Assembly (NCBI GenBank): GCA_963667035.1
Contig: OY762964.1
Coordinates: 2,240,001 to 2,304,000, forward strand
Reading direction: 5' to 3'
DNA from: Candidatus Cloacimonadales bacterium
GTDB taxonomy: Bacteria; Cloacimonadota; Cloacimonadia; Cloacimonadales; JAFGVF01
DNA length: 64,000 nucleotides
Positions 50,529 through 64,000 of this stretch are shown one piece after another. Positions within the stretch are counted from its first letter, which is position 1, and every line of letters starts with the position of its first letter. Under the pieces are notes generated by a model. The model saw nothing but the letters and a program-made list of their open reading frames with translations. It ran no database searches and was not told where the DNA came from. A program made the translations under genes and the position numbers.

Positions 50529-52662
50529 AATTACTCTTACATTCCTTTTGATAATGATGATATTCTCATTATCGTCTAAGTCAATCTTGATTACGGACTC
50601 TGACTCCAATCCGCTCAATAAGGTTTTGGTGATATCGGGTAACAAAGCATATTACAGTAATGATAACGGTATTGCAGAAGTATATGTTGATAGCGACTCC
50701 TTGAAGTTCGTTAGACCGGGTTATGAAAATAGAACAATCAATAGTGATAAGATTGAGAATAAAGTGATATTAATCAAATCTTCCTATAAACTGCCGGGCA
50801 TCACGGTCTCGTCCGAGAGAATAGATCCTGTGTTTAAGTTCGGGGATAGCGAAAAGATTATTATAGCGAATCAGGATAAAGTCTATGATAACTCGGCAGA
50901 CTTGTTTAGTTCAAGAACCGATATTAAAATAGGGAACTCGGGACTGAAAGGTGAAGAGAATACTGTATCACTTTTGGGGCATTCCGAGAAACATACTGCC
51001 ATAATAGTAGATGGGATAGTCATGAATCCTTCGGGACAAAGCTTCGACATCTCCACAATCCCGGCCGAATCAATAGAGTCGATTGAGATAGTAAAGAACA
51101 ATGTTTCCGTAAGTGCGGGTTCGGGAGCTATGGCGGGAGCTATTGTCATAAAAACCCGAAAACTACTAAAAAAAGCATTTTCACCTTCCATAAGAATAGA
51201 TGTAGGTTCATTTGGTTTCAATAAAGAGACTGTTGGATTGGAAGGCTCAATCAACAGAGTAAATATCAGTCTGTTGACTTCCAGACTAAGTACCGATAAC
51301 GATTACGAATACAAGACTAGAGCTTATGCTAACCTCCCCTCTTATACAACTAAAAGAAAGAACAACGGAAAAGACATTTATGATACTAATCTGAAAATGG
51401 AGATTCCCGTTAACTCCTCCTTGATAACATACAGCGGGATGTATGAGGAGTTTGAAAAACAGATGCCGGGAGGGTATAACTTCGAGATACATTACGATAA
51501 AGCTCTTCAAACGGGTTATATCACAAGGCATACAGTCTCTTTTGAGAATGAATTAGGAATTGATTTTAACGGATTCTACCATAAAAGTGACTCGGATTAT
51601 GATAATACCAAGTCTTCTACTAACTCGGCAATGCTCATAACGCATAACAATAATGAAATCACCAAAACAGGTGCTAATCTTAACTGGAATAGACGAACCG
51701 AGCTTCTTGAATTGAATAGTCGTGCCGAATATGCTTACGAGACTTATTCCTCAGTAGACTATGTTAATTCAATAAACTCCGTTCCAGAAAAAGTGAACAG
51801 TTATTATGCCGGTTCCCTAGCTTTAGGTGTTAAACCTATAATCGGTAACTTTAAACTCAGAAGCGATGCGTCTTTACGTTGGGATAACTACAGAAACTTT
51901 AACGAGTTTCTGAGTGGAAGATTATACTCTGGTGTCACTTATGACAACCTTTGGAAAGCTAATCTCGGTTTTAGTTATGGTACCGGCTTTACTGTTCCCT
52001 CTCTTGAAAGTCTTTACTGGAAAGGTTACCCTTCCGCTGTAGGTAATGCGGATTTGGGCGCCGAGGAATCGGAAGGATGGCAATTCTCAACATCTGTTTC
52101 CTATCCGGAAGTGCTCAATCTTAAGTACGGATATAATAGCAATAAAATTGAGAATATGATATATTGGATAAGAAGCTCCGTCTTTGGAGGAGTCTGGAAA
52201 CCTGATAATGCGGGAGAATCATTAATCAGAAACCATGAGATTTCTCTTCAATTATCACCGATAAGGAATTTGGACTTAAATACAAGTTGCACTTTCACGG
52301 ATGCTATTGATAAAACCAAAATTGATGGAGAAGAGAGTGCTTTCTATGATAAGAAGATAGTCTATATTCCCGAATACCAACTTATGTCTGTTCTCTCCTA
52401 TAAGTATAAGAATCTTAACTCTCTAATTGAATGGAGATACACAGGAAAGCAGTGGACTACCAGAGACAATATTATTGATCCTTTAACGGAATATGGTCTT
52501 TTTAATACAGAGCTTACATATAAAATCCTTATTAAAAAGCTTGAGAATATTGTGAGTTTCAGAGTAAACAATGTTCTGGATAAACAATACGAGATAGTAC
52601 CTTACATCCCTCAACCGGGGATAAATTACACGGTATCATATCAGATTAAATATAAGATTTAG
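50521..52662 (+). CDS. TonB-dependent receptor (BtuB-like)
   Basis: Plug domain (VDG, IESIEIVK, GAMAGAI.I.T), NNVLDK.Y...PG C-terminus; riboswitch context. Confidence 0.88.
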   Translation: MNKITLTFLLIMMIFSLSSKSILITDSDSNPLNKVLVISGNKAYYSNDNGIAEVYVDSDSLKFVRPGYENRTINSDKIENKVILIKSSYKLPGITVSSERIDPVFKFGDSEKIIIANQDKVYDNSADLFSSRTDIKIGNSGLKGEENTVSLLGHSEKHTAIIVDGIVMNPSGQSFDISTIPAESIESIEIVKNNVSVSAGSGAMAGAIVIKTRKLLKKAFSPSIRIDVGSFGFNKETVGLEGSINRVNISLLTSRLSTDNDYEYKTRAYANLPSYTTKRKNNGKDIYDTNLKMEIPVNSSLITYSGMYEEFEKQMPGGYNFEIHYDKALQTGYITRHTVSFENELGIDFNGFYHKSDSDYDNTKSSTNSAMLITHNNNEITKTGANLNWNRRTELLELNSRAEYAYETYSSVDYVNSINSVPEKVNSYYAGSLALGVKPIIGNFKLRSDASLRWDNYRNFNEFLSGRLYSGVTYDNLWKANLGFSYGTGFTVPSLESLYWKGYPSAVGNADLGAEESEGWQFSTSVSYPEVLNLKYGYNSNKIENMIYWIRSSVFGGVWKPDNAGESLIRNHEISLQLSPIRNLDLNTSCTFTDAIDKTKIDGEESAFYDKKIVYIPEYQLMSVLSYKYKNLNSLIEWRYTGKQWTTRDNIIDPLTEYGLFNTELTYKILIKKLENIVSFRVNNVLDKQYEIVPYIPQPGINYTVSYQIKYKI

Positions 52663-52672
52663 GAGGACTCCC

Positions 52673-53890
52673 TTGAGAAAAACGCTATTAACTTTGTTTT
52701 TGTTACCACTCTTCACATTAAATGCTTTTGAAATGTTCATCGTTAACTCTGTTAGTGAAACTCTCTCAAAGTATGATACGGACACGGGAGTCATAGATAA
52801 TGAGTTCTGCCAATTAGGTCTTTATACAAATAGAATAGCGTTGAATTGGGATTATGGATATGTAGTCAATTCCGGTGATAATACTATTCAAAAGATTAAC
52901 CTTGATACCGGTAGTACTATCTCAAATATCTTTGTCGCTCCTGGATGCAATCCTTACGATATAATACTGGATGGCAACAATGCTTATGTAAGCGGATTAT
53001 TAACTAATAGCGTGTATAAAATAGATTTGAACACTAACAATGTTGTCGGAATAGTAGCCGTCGGTTCAGGACCTGCAGGACTTGAAGTTTATGATAACAA
53101 GCTTTATGTTGCATGTTCAGGTTCATATCCTAACTACAGTAATGCGGAAGTATCAGTGATTAATCTGAGTGATTTCACCTTGTCTCAATCAGTACCGGTT
53201 GAAGGTAATGCCCAGTATATTTATGCGATAGAGTCTATGATACATGTTGTATGTTCTTCGGATTGGGGAGCTAATACGGGAGAGATAGATATTCTTAATC
53301 CGGAAACGAATACGATTGTTGAAACCATACCTCTTGGTGGGTATCTAGGTAATGCTTGGTATTCCGGTAATGGTAACGTTTACGTTTCAGACGGTAACAA
53401 TGCTGGATTATATGCTTACAATCCCATAAGTTTTGAAGAAGTGTATACTTATGACAATAGCTTTTCTACATCAGGGTCTCTAGTTAGCGGAACTCCCGAT
53501 AAGCTGTTTATTGTTGACTCTCAATGGGGAGAAAACGGTGTTTTAAAAGTGTTTAATCTTGATGAGGAGTATCAAACCGAATTATCTGTCGGCATAGCTC
53601 CTACTGATATCAAGATAAGACCTAATGCTATTTCTAATGAGGATGTAGTGCAACCTCAAATTCAAGTCTCAGTGTATCCTAATCCCTTCGTGGATTCAAT
53701 TAATATAAAAACAGATACCGATTGTACCTTTATTTGTTACAATCTAAAGGGACAAGTCGTCCATAGGGATAAACTGAAATCCGGTAATACAGGATTAAAG
53801 ACAAGTAATCTTCCAAGCGGAGTTTATTTCTACAAAGTGATTGATGCCAATAACAATCAGACGACAGGAAAGATGCTAAAGATTAAGTAG
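52673..53890 (+). CDS. YncE-like beta-propeller (BtuG-like) with FlgD/T9SS-type C-terminal domain
   Basis: YVVNS/YVS/LYVA repeats; YPNPF...YNLKGQ...LPSGVYFYK. Confidence 0.8.
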   Translation: MRKTLLTLFLLPLFTLNAFEMFIVNSVSETLSKYDTDTGVIDNEFCQLGLYTNRIALNWDYGYVVNSGDNTIQKINLDTGSTISNIFVAPGCNPYDIILDGNNAYVSGLLTNSVYKIDLNTNNVVGIVAVGSGPAGLEVYDNKLYVACSGSYPNYSNAEVSVINLSDFTLSQSVPVEGNAQYIYAIESMIHVVCSSDWGANTGEIDILNPETNTIVETIPLGGYLGNAWYSGNGNVYVSDGNNAGLYAYNPISFEEVYTYDNSFSTSGSLVSGTPDKLFIVDSQWGENGVLKVFNLDEEYQTELSVGIAPTDIKIRPNAISNEDVVQPQIQVSVYPNPFVDSINIKTDTDCTFICYNLKGQVVHRDKLKSGNTGLKTSNLPSGVYFYKVIDANNNQTTGKMLKIK

Positions 53891-54047
53891 AAGATATATA
53901 AGAGTTACTATTATTGGATTGAAAACTATTTGATTATGCAGGTAAGATAATCGGTTTATGCAAATAGACATGCTCGTTGGCAGAGACAGCTAATGAGCTG
54001 AATTATCTTGACAACCGAAACAACACTTAACAAATTGTTTTTCACGT

Positions 54048-54124
<77 letters not shown>

Positions 54125-54359
54125 TTGTTTTATACAAATACTGTTTATAATCATCCTTACCACTTTTAATAACAACCTTATTGCAATAATGTTTTACAGC
54201 TTATTCCGGTTGTATATAATACATAATCTATTTTTGTATAGAATGTCTGCATCTTGAATAAGGATTATGAGCTGAAAGAACCAAGTAAAAATTTGACAAT
54301 CTATTGATTACATATAATTTTGTTTCAATTATATTAGCATTTAGAAAACAGGAGTTTTA

Positions 54360-55622
54360 ATGAATAGATTAAGCAAGGCGTTGATTATAGTATTACTTGC
54401 AGTTAGCATTACAAGTTTGTTTGCCGGGAACTCCATATTTAGCCGTTTTGGCTTTCCGGTAGAGAATGATGGATACGACATTTATGGTATGGGTATGGGA
54501 AACACGGGAGCAGGTGACTTCATGCGTATGAACCATGGAGTAGGAGTTAATCCGGCTTTAAGTAGTATCAGCAATCATGTGACACTTGCAACCGGTTTGA
54601 AGATGGGGCTGATAGACTATAAAGATATTACAGATAGCAGTTTTAAGGATGACGCTTTTGACTTCCCGTTCTTCAGTCTCCAAATGCCAATTAAGAAACA
54701 TCACATTGCCTTCCAGTTTACTTCACTTATGAGTGGTAATCTAAAAAGTGAATTTCAATCGAAAGCAACAATTGACGGTACCGAATATGACTTGATTACT
54801 TATGAAACTATCTTCTCATATCTGTATCGCTCTGACTTGATGTATTCATATAAATTCAACCATTTCAGCATTGGTGCAGGTGTTAATTATTATCTCGGTA
54901 ATAGAAAAACACGATTTACTCAAGATTTTATTGGATTTGGTCCCGATATAGATTCACAGAACTTAAACGGTGGTTATGATACATTTTACGAATATAGCAA
55001 TACTTATAAAAATCCCGGATTTACTGCCGGTGTCGGTATGCGTTTCAACAAGTTCAGCATGGGACTGTCATATTTAAGCTCAGTTGACCTTGATAACGAA
55101 AGAAAATTCAATGTTGCGTTACAGAGTAACGAGATTGGAAAGGATTCCTTTAAGTTACCTCAAACATTTATTGGTGGATTAAGCTTGAAACCTATGAATA
55201 CACTAAAAACAAATGTAGACTTTAAATATGAGCTTTGGGAGAAATCGGATATTTATCTTGATCCCAAAGATACTTGGAGGGTTGGTGTAGGTTTGGCTTA
55301 CGAGCCACTTTCAGGTGAAGATAACTTCTTCCGTAAGATTCCTGTTAGAGCCGGTTATACTATGAGACAGTTGCCATTTGAAGTCAATAACTCAAAAGTA
55401 ATGGAGAGTAGTGTTACTGCCGGTTTTACAGTACCAATTAAAGCATTGTTCAGTAGAATAGACTTTGCATATCAATATACCAAACGAGGTAATGTTGATG
55501 ACAATGAACTGGAAGAAACTTCACACATGTTTATGATAGGGATGAGTGGATTTGATATATTCACAAAAACATTAAAGCGTGACCAACCGCGTGATATCCC
55601 TGTAGCAGAGGAACTCTATTAA
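54360..55622 (+). CDS. Outer-membrane beta-barrel (FadL-like)
   Basis: Signal peptide, S.FSRFG, GMGMG, NPAL, amphipathic strands. Confidence 0.7.
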   Translation: MNRLSKALIIVLLAVSITSLFAGNSIFSRFGFPVENDGYDIYGMGMGNTGAGDFMRMNHGVGVNPALSSISNHVTLATGLKMGLIDYKDITDSSFKDDAFDFPFFSLQMPIKKHHIAFQFTSLMSGNLKSEFQSKATIDGTEYDLITYETIFSYLYRSDLMYSYKFNHFSIGAGVNYYLGNRKTRFTQDFIGFGPDIDSQNLNGGYDTFYEYSNTYKNPGFTAGVGMRFNKFSMGLSYLSSVDLDNERKFNVALQSNEIGKDSFKLPQTFIGGLSLKPMNTLKTNVDFKYELWEKSDIYLDPKDTWRVGVGLAYEPLSGEDNFFRKIPVRAGYTMRQLPFEVNNSKVMESSVTAGFTVPIKALFSRIDFAYQYTKRGNVDDNELEETSHMFMIGMSGFDIFTKTLKRDQPRDIPVAEELY

Positions 55623-57178
55623 TGCATTTTAAGTGGGATACAGATGATACAAACGGTGAGTCGGTTGTTGACTCGCTTGTTCGAAAACGTAGTTTAGGTC
55701 AGGACTATGCGAACTCTGACCTATCTCAGCTTCCTGACGAAGCTCTTTTAAAAGATATTGATATTGCAGTTAAAAGAATTTTTAAAGCTTTAAGAAATGA
55801 TGAAAAGATAGTAATCTTCGGTCATGATGATCCTGATGGAATAACTTCCACTTTTATACTTTACGACTATCTGAAATCTTTAGGAGCAACTGAGTTAAGT
55901 TATTTCATCCCTAATCGTGAAAAAGAACATCATGGTATTCAGAAGGGCTTTATAGATTATGTTAAGAAAGGTAATCACAAGTTAATTATAACAGTAGATA
56001 ACGGGATAAGTTCTCTTGATGGGGTAAAAAAACTCAGAGATCTAGCTTGTGATGTTATAATTACGGATCATCACATGTTGAAGGAAGAAGGAGCCCCTCA
56101 TTGCTTGGCTGTTGTTAATCCTAAACAGGATGAATGCAGATATCCTTTTGACATGATTGCGGGAGTAGGATTATCATTTATCCTTACAAGATATATCTAC
56201 CAGTATTGCAAAGAAAATGGTATTATAGCTACTGTTCCTCCCTTATCATACGTCTTTTGGGCTGCTGTAGGTTCTATTACTGATAAAGTACCACTTGTTA
56301 ATGTAAACAGGATTATTGTTAAACATGCAATCGACCGTTTTGGTGAGATAAAAGACAACCATATAGAAAGTCTTAGACAGGCATTCGGTAGAGTAACCAA
56401 TATTCAGCAAACCCTAGATTTTATTACATATACCGGCTTTCTTTTTAATAATGGAAGAGACTTAAACGGAAATCATGTAGGCATGGATTATTTACTCGCA
56501 GAAGATGGCGAGATTGATGTAGTTCTTAATGAACTGATCAATCTAAAAAGCGAGAATGATAAGCAAGTAAAATCAGTTACGGAATATGTTGATATGTTGA
56601 TTAGTGGTTATGAAGGAGAAGGATTTATCTATTTTGACGAAGATAATAGCATTCCTTATCCGCTTCTGGGACTTGCTGCATCTCATACATGCCAGAAATT
56701 GAAGATACCTGCAATCTTTTTAAAACGTAAAGAGAATGACATTGTTTGCGAAGGACGCTGTGGTCCGGGATTTAGTGTACTGGAAGCGTTTAGTTATTGT
56801 AGTGATACTCTGCTACAATTCGGCGGACATGTCAAAGCAGCAGGCTTTACAATGGCTCCCGAGAACCTAAATGAGTTTATCTTTCAATTTAATGGATTCT
56901 TGGAGATGTCTAAAGAATCAATTGATGAGAATAAAGTACTTGAAGTTGATGCTCTTGTTAAAGTAAGTGACTTAAACAGAGACTTTTGGGAGAAGCTACA
57001 ACAGCTACAGCCCTTTGGAATGGGGAACTCTATACCTGTGTTCTCTGTGGAAGCAGATAAAGAGGAGTTGGCTAAAGCGGGATTCATGTTGAGTGGAGAG
57101 AAACTTCCATGTGGAAAGCAACAGATAGCCTTCCAATGGATAAAACGTAACACATTACAGATAATAGACTTCTATTGA
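55622..57178 (+). CDS. recJ: RecJ-like DHH exonuclease
   Basis: GHDDPDG, TVDNG, TDHH, FGGH..AAG, LQPFGMGN. Confidence 0.85.
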   Translation: MHFKWDTDDTNGESVVDSLVRKRSLGQDYANSDLSQLPDEALLKDIDIAVKRIFKALRNDEKIVIFGHDDPDGITSTFILYDYLKSLGATELSYFIPNREKEHHGIQKGFIDYVKKGNHKLIITVDNGISSLDGVKKLRDLACDVIITDHHMLKEEGAPHCLAVVNPKQDECRYPFDMIAGVGLSFILTRYIYQYCKENGIIATVPPLSYVFWAAVGSITDKVPLVNVNRIIVKHAIDRFGEIKDNHIESLRQAFGRVTNIQQTLDFITYTGFLFNNGRDLNGNHVGMDYLLAEDGEIDVVLNELINLKSENDKQVKSVTEYVDMLISGYEGEGFIYFDEDNSIPYPLLGLAASHTCQKLKIPAIFLKRKENDIVCEGRCGPGFSVLEAFSYCSDTLLQFGGHVKAAGFTMAPENLNEFIFQFNGFLEMSKESIDENKVLEVDALVKVSDLNRDFWEKLQQLQPFGMGNSIPVFSVEADKEELAKAGFMLSGEKLPCGKQQIAFQWIKRNTLQIIDFY

Positions 57179-57777
57179 TGAAACCGCTTCTAAAAGAATC
57201 GTTAAGAAAGACAATACACATAAGCTCACTTATGTTGCCTCTATCATACAGGTATCTGCTTGGTTCAAACAAGCGAATTGCCTTTTGGGTCTTTTTGAAC
57301 CTTGCTTTAATATCTTTGGTTATTGATTTATTACGATTAGAGAAGTTACATTTTAAACGCTACTTCATGAGATGGTTCGGTCAGATTCTTAGGAAACATG
57401 AATATACCGGATTCACAGGAGCAACCTTCATGATGATAGCTCATTTAATCTGTATTACCGTTTTCTCTGCTGATATAGCATTCCTAGCAATGAGCTTTCT
57501 TGCTATAGGAGATACTTTTGCTGCAATTGTAGGCATGAACCTCGGGAAAAGAAAGTTTTTAGGCTCTAAAAAGAGCTTGGAAGGTTCATTGGGATGCTTT
57601 ACTTCAACCTTTGCGTTCTCATTAATATTCAGTGCAACCATCAATCCTGCTGTGGGATTTATCGGAGCTTTAGTTGCAACAATTTCCGAGGCTCTTAATT
57701 TACCTGTTGACGATAATTTTAAAATACCGTTAATTAGCGGCATAGCAATGACGGTTGCAGATATATTTATAATTTGA
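57175..57777 (+). CDS. SEC59/DGK1/VTE5-family (phytol/dolichol kinase-like) membrane protein
   Basis: RK.IH, LRKHE, GD.FAAIVG, KKSLEGS, DDN..IP. Confidence 0.85.
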   Translation: MMKPLLKESLRKTIHISSLMLPLSYRYLLGSNKRIAFWVFLNLALISLVIDLLRLEKLHFKRYFMRWFGQILRKHEYTGFTGATFMMIAHLICITVFSADIAFLAMSFLAIGDTFAAIVGMNLGKRKFLGSKKSLEGSLGCFTSTFAFSLIFSATINPAVGFIGALVATISEALNLPVDDNFKIPLISGIAMTVADIFII

Positions 57778-57784
57778 GGTCAAA

Positions 57785-58729
57785 ATGCTTATTAGCTTTA
57801 TTATTCCTGTATTGAATGAAAGCGATTCGTTGAAACAGTTATACTCAGAGATTATTGAGAATGTGAAACCCCATGAACATGAAATTATATTCATAGATGA
57901 CGGTTCTACAGATAATAGTCTTGAAGTAATGAAAAATCTGTCTAAGAATGATGAGCAGATTAGAATAGTTTCATTTAGGAGGAACTTTGGTAAAGCGGCA
58001 GCTCTGCAAAGAGGTTTTAAGATTGCTTCAGGTGAAATAGTCTTTACCATGGATGCGGATTTGCAAGATAATCCTGTAGATATATCAGGATTTATCAATA
58101 AGCTTGATGAAGGTTATGACCTAGTTTCTGGCTGGAAGAGAAAGCGACTTGACCCACTTAACAAAAGACTTCCTTCCAAATTCTTTAATGCAATCACTTC
58201 ATCCTTCTTTGGAATTAAACTCCATGATTTTAATTGTGGTTATAAAGCATATAGAAAGGCTGTTGTTAAAGATGTAGACCTGTATGGGGAATTACATAGG
58301 TATATTCCGGTACTTGCCCATACTAAAGGATTTAAAATTGCAGAGCTGGAAGTACAGCATCGGGAAAGAGTTCATGGTAAATCCAAGTATGGATTCGAGA
58401 GGTACATGAGAGGTTTTCTCGATCTCTTATCAGTAGGAATGGTAACAATGTTCCGAAGTAGTCCTCTTTATTTGTTTGGTACATGGGGTGCCTTTTTTGT
58501 ATTTTCCGGTAGTGCAATATCTATCTATTTGACAATAATGAAATTATTCTATCAAATGTCTTTAACAAATAGACCGTTGTTGTTTCTTGGAGTATTGCTT
58601 ATTCTTGTAGGTATGCAGTTCTTCTCGATAGGTCTGGTGTGTGAATTGATAGTGAATAAAACCCATAGGTTAACTATGGATAGAAATATATCAATAAAAG
58701 AAACAGTGAATATTAATCAGGAGGTATAG
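57785..58729 (+). CDS. GT2 polyprenyl-phosphate glycosyltransferase (ArnC-like)
   Basis: IPVLNE, DDGSTD, RNFGKAAAL, MDADLQD, HDFNCG.K, two C-terminal TMs. Confidence 0.9.
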   Translation: MLISFIIPVLNESDSLKQLYSEIIENVKPHEHEIIFIDDGSTDNSLEVMKNLSKNDEQIRIVSFRRNFGKAAALQRGFKIASGEIVFTMDADLQDNPVDISGFINKLDEGYDLVSGWKRKRLDPLNKRLPSKFFNAITSSFFGIKLHDFNCGYKAYRKAVVKDVDLYGELHRYIPVLAHTKGFKIAELEVQHRERVHGKSKYGFERYMRGFLDLLSVGMVTMFRSSPLYLFGTWGAFFVFSGSAISIYLTIMKLFYQMSLTNRPLLFLGVLLILVGMQFFSIGLVCELIVNKTHRLTMDRNISIKETVNINQEV

Positions 58730-58731
58730 AT

Positions 58732-59307
58732 ATGAAGAAAGTTTATCTTATCTTGATAGGGTTTTTGTTAACTACTTTATGTTTTTCACTTGGGTATAGC
58801 TACGATGATTTTGATACTGCAACCAGAGGAGTTACAGACACTGAAAAATTGGTAGAGACTTATAGAGATTATATTGAGAATTCTAATGACTTAAATGTCC
58901 TTGAAATGGTAGAGGATGTTTGGTTAGTTATTGACGAAGCAAGTCTCAGATCTCATCTTACCAAGATGTCAATGCGTCACCCAAATGATTCAAGATACTA
59001 TTATTTATTGGGCAGAATTGAGAAAGATCCGGTGAACAAAATCAGCTACGCAAGAAAAACTATTAAGAATGACAGAAAAGCCATATATGGTTATGAAATG
59101 ATGTTGAAAACTTACAATGATTATTTCTTTGGGAATGAGACTCTTAACCCTCAACAGATAGAGATCCTAAGTATTAGTCTTAAGAAAGATAAGAATTACG
59201 GTCGTGATCTATTGAGGTATGATGCCTATAATAGAATTGGTATAGCTTTTGATACAAACTATACGCAATACACAGCTGAAAAGAAAGCTTCTAAAAAGAA
59301 AGATTAG
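58732..59307 (+). CDS. Exported hypothetical protein (TPR-like)
   Basis: SD GGAGG, signal peptide, YYYLLGR. Confidence 0.7.
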   Translation: MKKVYLILIGFLLTTLCFSLGYSYDDFDTATRGVTDTEKLVETYRDYIENSNDLNVLEMVEDVWLVIDEASLRSHLTKMSMRHPNDSRYYYLLGRIEKDPVNKISYARKTIKNDRKAIYGYEMMLKTYNDYFFGNETLNPQQIEILSISLKKDKNYGRDLLRYDAYNRIGIAFDTNYTQYTAEKKASKKKD

Positions 59308-59375
59308 TTTTCAATATAGTATTTTATGACAGATTAAGTCTGAAAAGACTTAATCTGTCTTTTTAAAAGGAGAAT

Positions 59376-62196
<2,821 letters not shown>

Positions 62197-62197
<1 letters not shown>

Positions 62198-63504
62198 TGA
62201 AAATTTTAGAACGTTACATTTTAAAAGAACATCTTGCTCCTTTCTCAGTCTCATTATTGGTTGTGACTTTTGTCATACTTCTTGAGCAGATTCTTGATAT
62301 TCTAAATGTAATCTTTGAAAAGCAACTTCCAATAATGATGGTACTTGAAGTATTTACTCTTTCATTACCGTTTATTCTAGCCCTTTCAATTCCTATGTCT
62401 GTGCTAATGGCATCATTAAATGCTTTTGGGAGACTCTCTACCGATAGTGAAACTACTGCCATGAAAGCATGTGGAGTAGATGTCTACAGTAAAACGGGAC
62501 CTCTATTTGTAGTTGCTATTCTCTTAGCTGTCTTTATGGTATTCTTTAACAACAAGGTATTACCTGACGCTAATCATAAGCTTAGGAACATGATGCTTAA
62601 GATAGCTTATTATAAACCTATGTCATCAGTTAAAGCAGGTGAATTTACTACAATTCAGGAATACACAATTTATGTTAAGGAAAATGACGGCTCTGAAATG
62701 AAGGGCATTGTCATTTTCGATAAATCTAAAAGCAGATTCCCTCATACTATTGTAGCAGAGAGAGGAACTATTGTTCAGAGTAGAGAAGGGACATCACTGA
62801 GAGCTGTACTATTCAATGGGCAGATGCACGAAAGATTAGATGCCTCTCAAGATGAATATCAACTTAGAAATTTTGATAAATTCATTTTAAACATTACCGA
62901 TGTTGGTAAGAAAGATGAATTTGAAGATTCCAGTTATAGAGGTGATAGAGAGCTAAGTAATGCTGAGCTAGAAGGTCGAATCAAGGAAACGGAAAAAGAG
63001 ATTGTTAAAGTTGAGAGTGAGATTCAAGAATTGGATAAAAAACTCAGTAGAGAGGATGACAGAGAAGAAGTAAGTGAGAAAAACAAGCGTATCCGTAGTA
63101 CAAAAGCAATGATTAAACTAAAGAATGACAGATTGGAAGATTTACAAGAGGATATCAGGTCATTCAAAGTTGAGATACATAAAAAATACTCAATAAGTTT
63201 TGCAATAATTATATTTGTTATGATTGGAATCCCATTGGGTATGATGACAAAGACAAGTGGTGCAGGTACATCCTTTGCCATAAGCTCGGTAGTATTCTTA
63301 GTTTATTACATCAGCCTTGTAGCAGGAGAGTCATTGGCAAGTAAGGGTTATGTAAGTCCTTTCTTGTCCATGTGGATTTCCAATATCATCTTTCTGATTA
63401 TTGCAATTGTTCTGATATATCAATCACGTAGAGAGAGACAACTCTTCGATGTGAACTTACTAATCAGAAAGATTGGAAGCCTAATGAGACGAGGTAGAAA
63501 ATGA
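62197..63504 (+). CDS. lptF: LptF/YjgP family permease
   Basis: ILERYI, P..L...IP, GRLS.DSE..AM, E.HKK, W..N. Confidence 0.85.
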
Positions 63505-64000
63505 GAATACTTGATCGTTATATGATGAGAGAATTCCTTAAAACATATTTTGTTATTCTCGTTGCTTTCTTCACAATCTTTATTGTAATAGATGTTATTG
63601 ACCATTTACCGAAACTCATAAGGAATGGAGCAACAATACAACAATCATTAGTCTATTATGTTCTTAGAATTCCACAACTCTTTGTACTGACTTCACCTAT
63701 TACAGTCTTACTTGCCGGTCTGTTTATGATGAACGGATTGGCAAAATACAATGAATCTGTAGCTGTAAGATCGGCTGGTATAAGTATAACCAGAATGGTG
63801 ACTCCGATACTTATAATCGGGTTACTCATTTCTGCAGCAAATCTTGTTATCGGAGACAGATTACTTCCTTTAGCTGAATCGAAAAGAACCTATGTCTATC
63901 AAGTACTTATTAAGAAACAAACAATGGAAGATAGGAAAATACGTTCTAAAATAAACTATGTTGGCTCGGACAACAGTTTCTATTATATTGGTTATTTTAA
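63501..64000 (+). CDS. lptG: LptG/YjgQ family permease (partial, runs off window)
   Basis: ATG 63501: MRILDRYMMREFLK...LAKYNESVAVRSAGIS; open to window end. Confidence 0.85.
   Translation, partial: MRILDRYMMREFLKTYFVILVAFFTIFIVIDVIDHLPKLIRNGATIQQSLVYYVLRIPQLFVLTSPITVLLAGLFMMNGLAKYNESVAVRSAGISITRMVTPILIIGLLISAANLVIGDRLLPLAESKRTYVYQVLIKKQTMEDRKIRSKINYVGSDNSFYYIGYF

Noticed and set aside
54125..54290. Possible further periodic element after tRNA-Val
   Set aside because: Only a weak TTATTGCAATAA dyad in AT-rich DNA; spacing not consistently 11 bp

Overview
AT-rich bacterial chromosome segment. The gene content (FlgD/T9SS-type C-terminal domain, PorV/FadL-like barrels, a paralogous ~150-aa 'MKVK...' family) suggests Candidatus Cloacimonadota or another FCB-group anaerobe; this is inference. 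The backbone carries rpsO-pnp-ahcY, nucleotide-sugar genes, tadA, three tRNAs (Ser-CGA, Arg-ACG, Val-GAC), a DUF134/NifX/Fe-S ATPase cluster, GH31, ackA, yggS-plsY-GNAT-PAP2, dapA, a cobalamin-riboswitch uptake operon, recJ, ligA and lptF/G. An integrase-free accessory island (~26.2-33.5 kb) holds: (i) DUF3800 + a RelE/PBECR-like gene + a convergent ~65-nt structured small RNA with its own promoter and terminator; (ii) a YejK/NA37-like gene plus a membrane protein; (iii) two divergent paralogues whose 32-bp upstream motif (31/32 identical) forms an inverted repeat around these cassettes; (iv) a REP-like hairpin cluster; (v) an HNH pair. At least five intergenic elements share an unusual architecture: short cores repeated every 11 bp, then mirrored as the reverse complement, with the core differing between loci. 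Two paralogous pentapeptide-repeat/K+-channel genes occur, one interrupted by a single in-frame TAG. All protein calls rest on motif recognition, not database searches.
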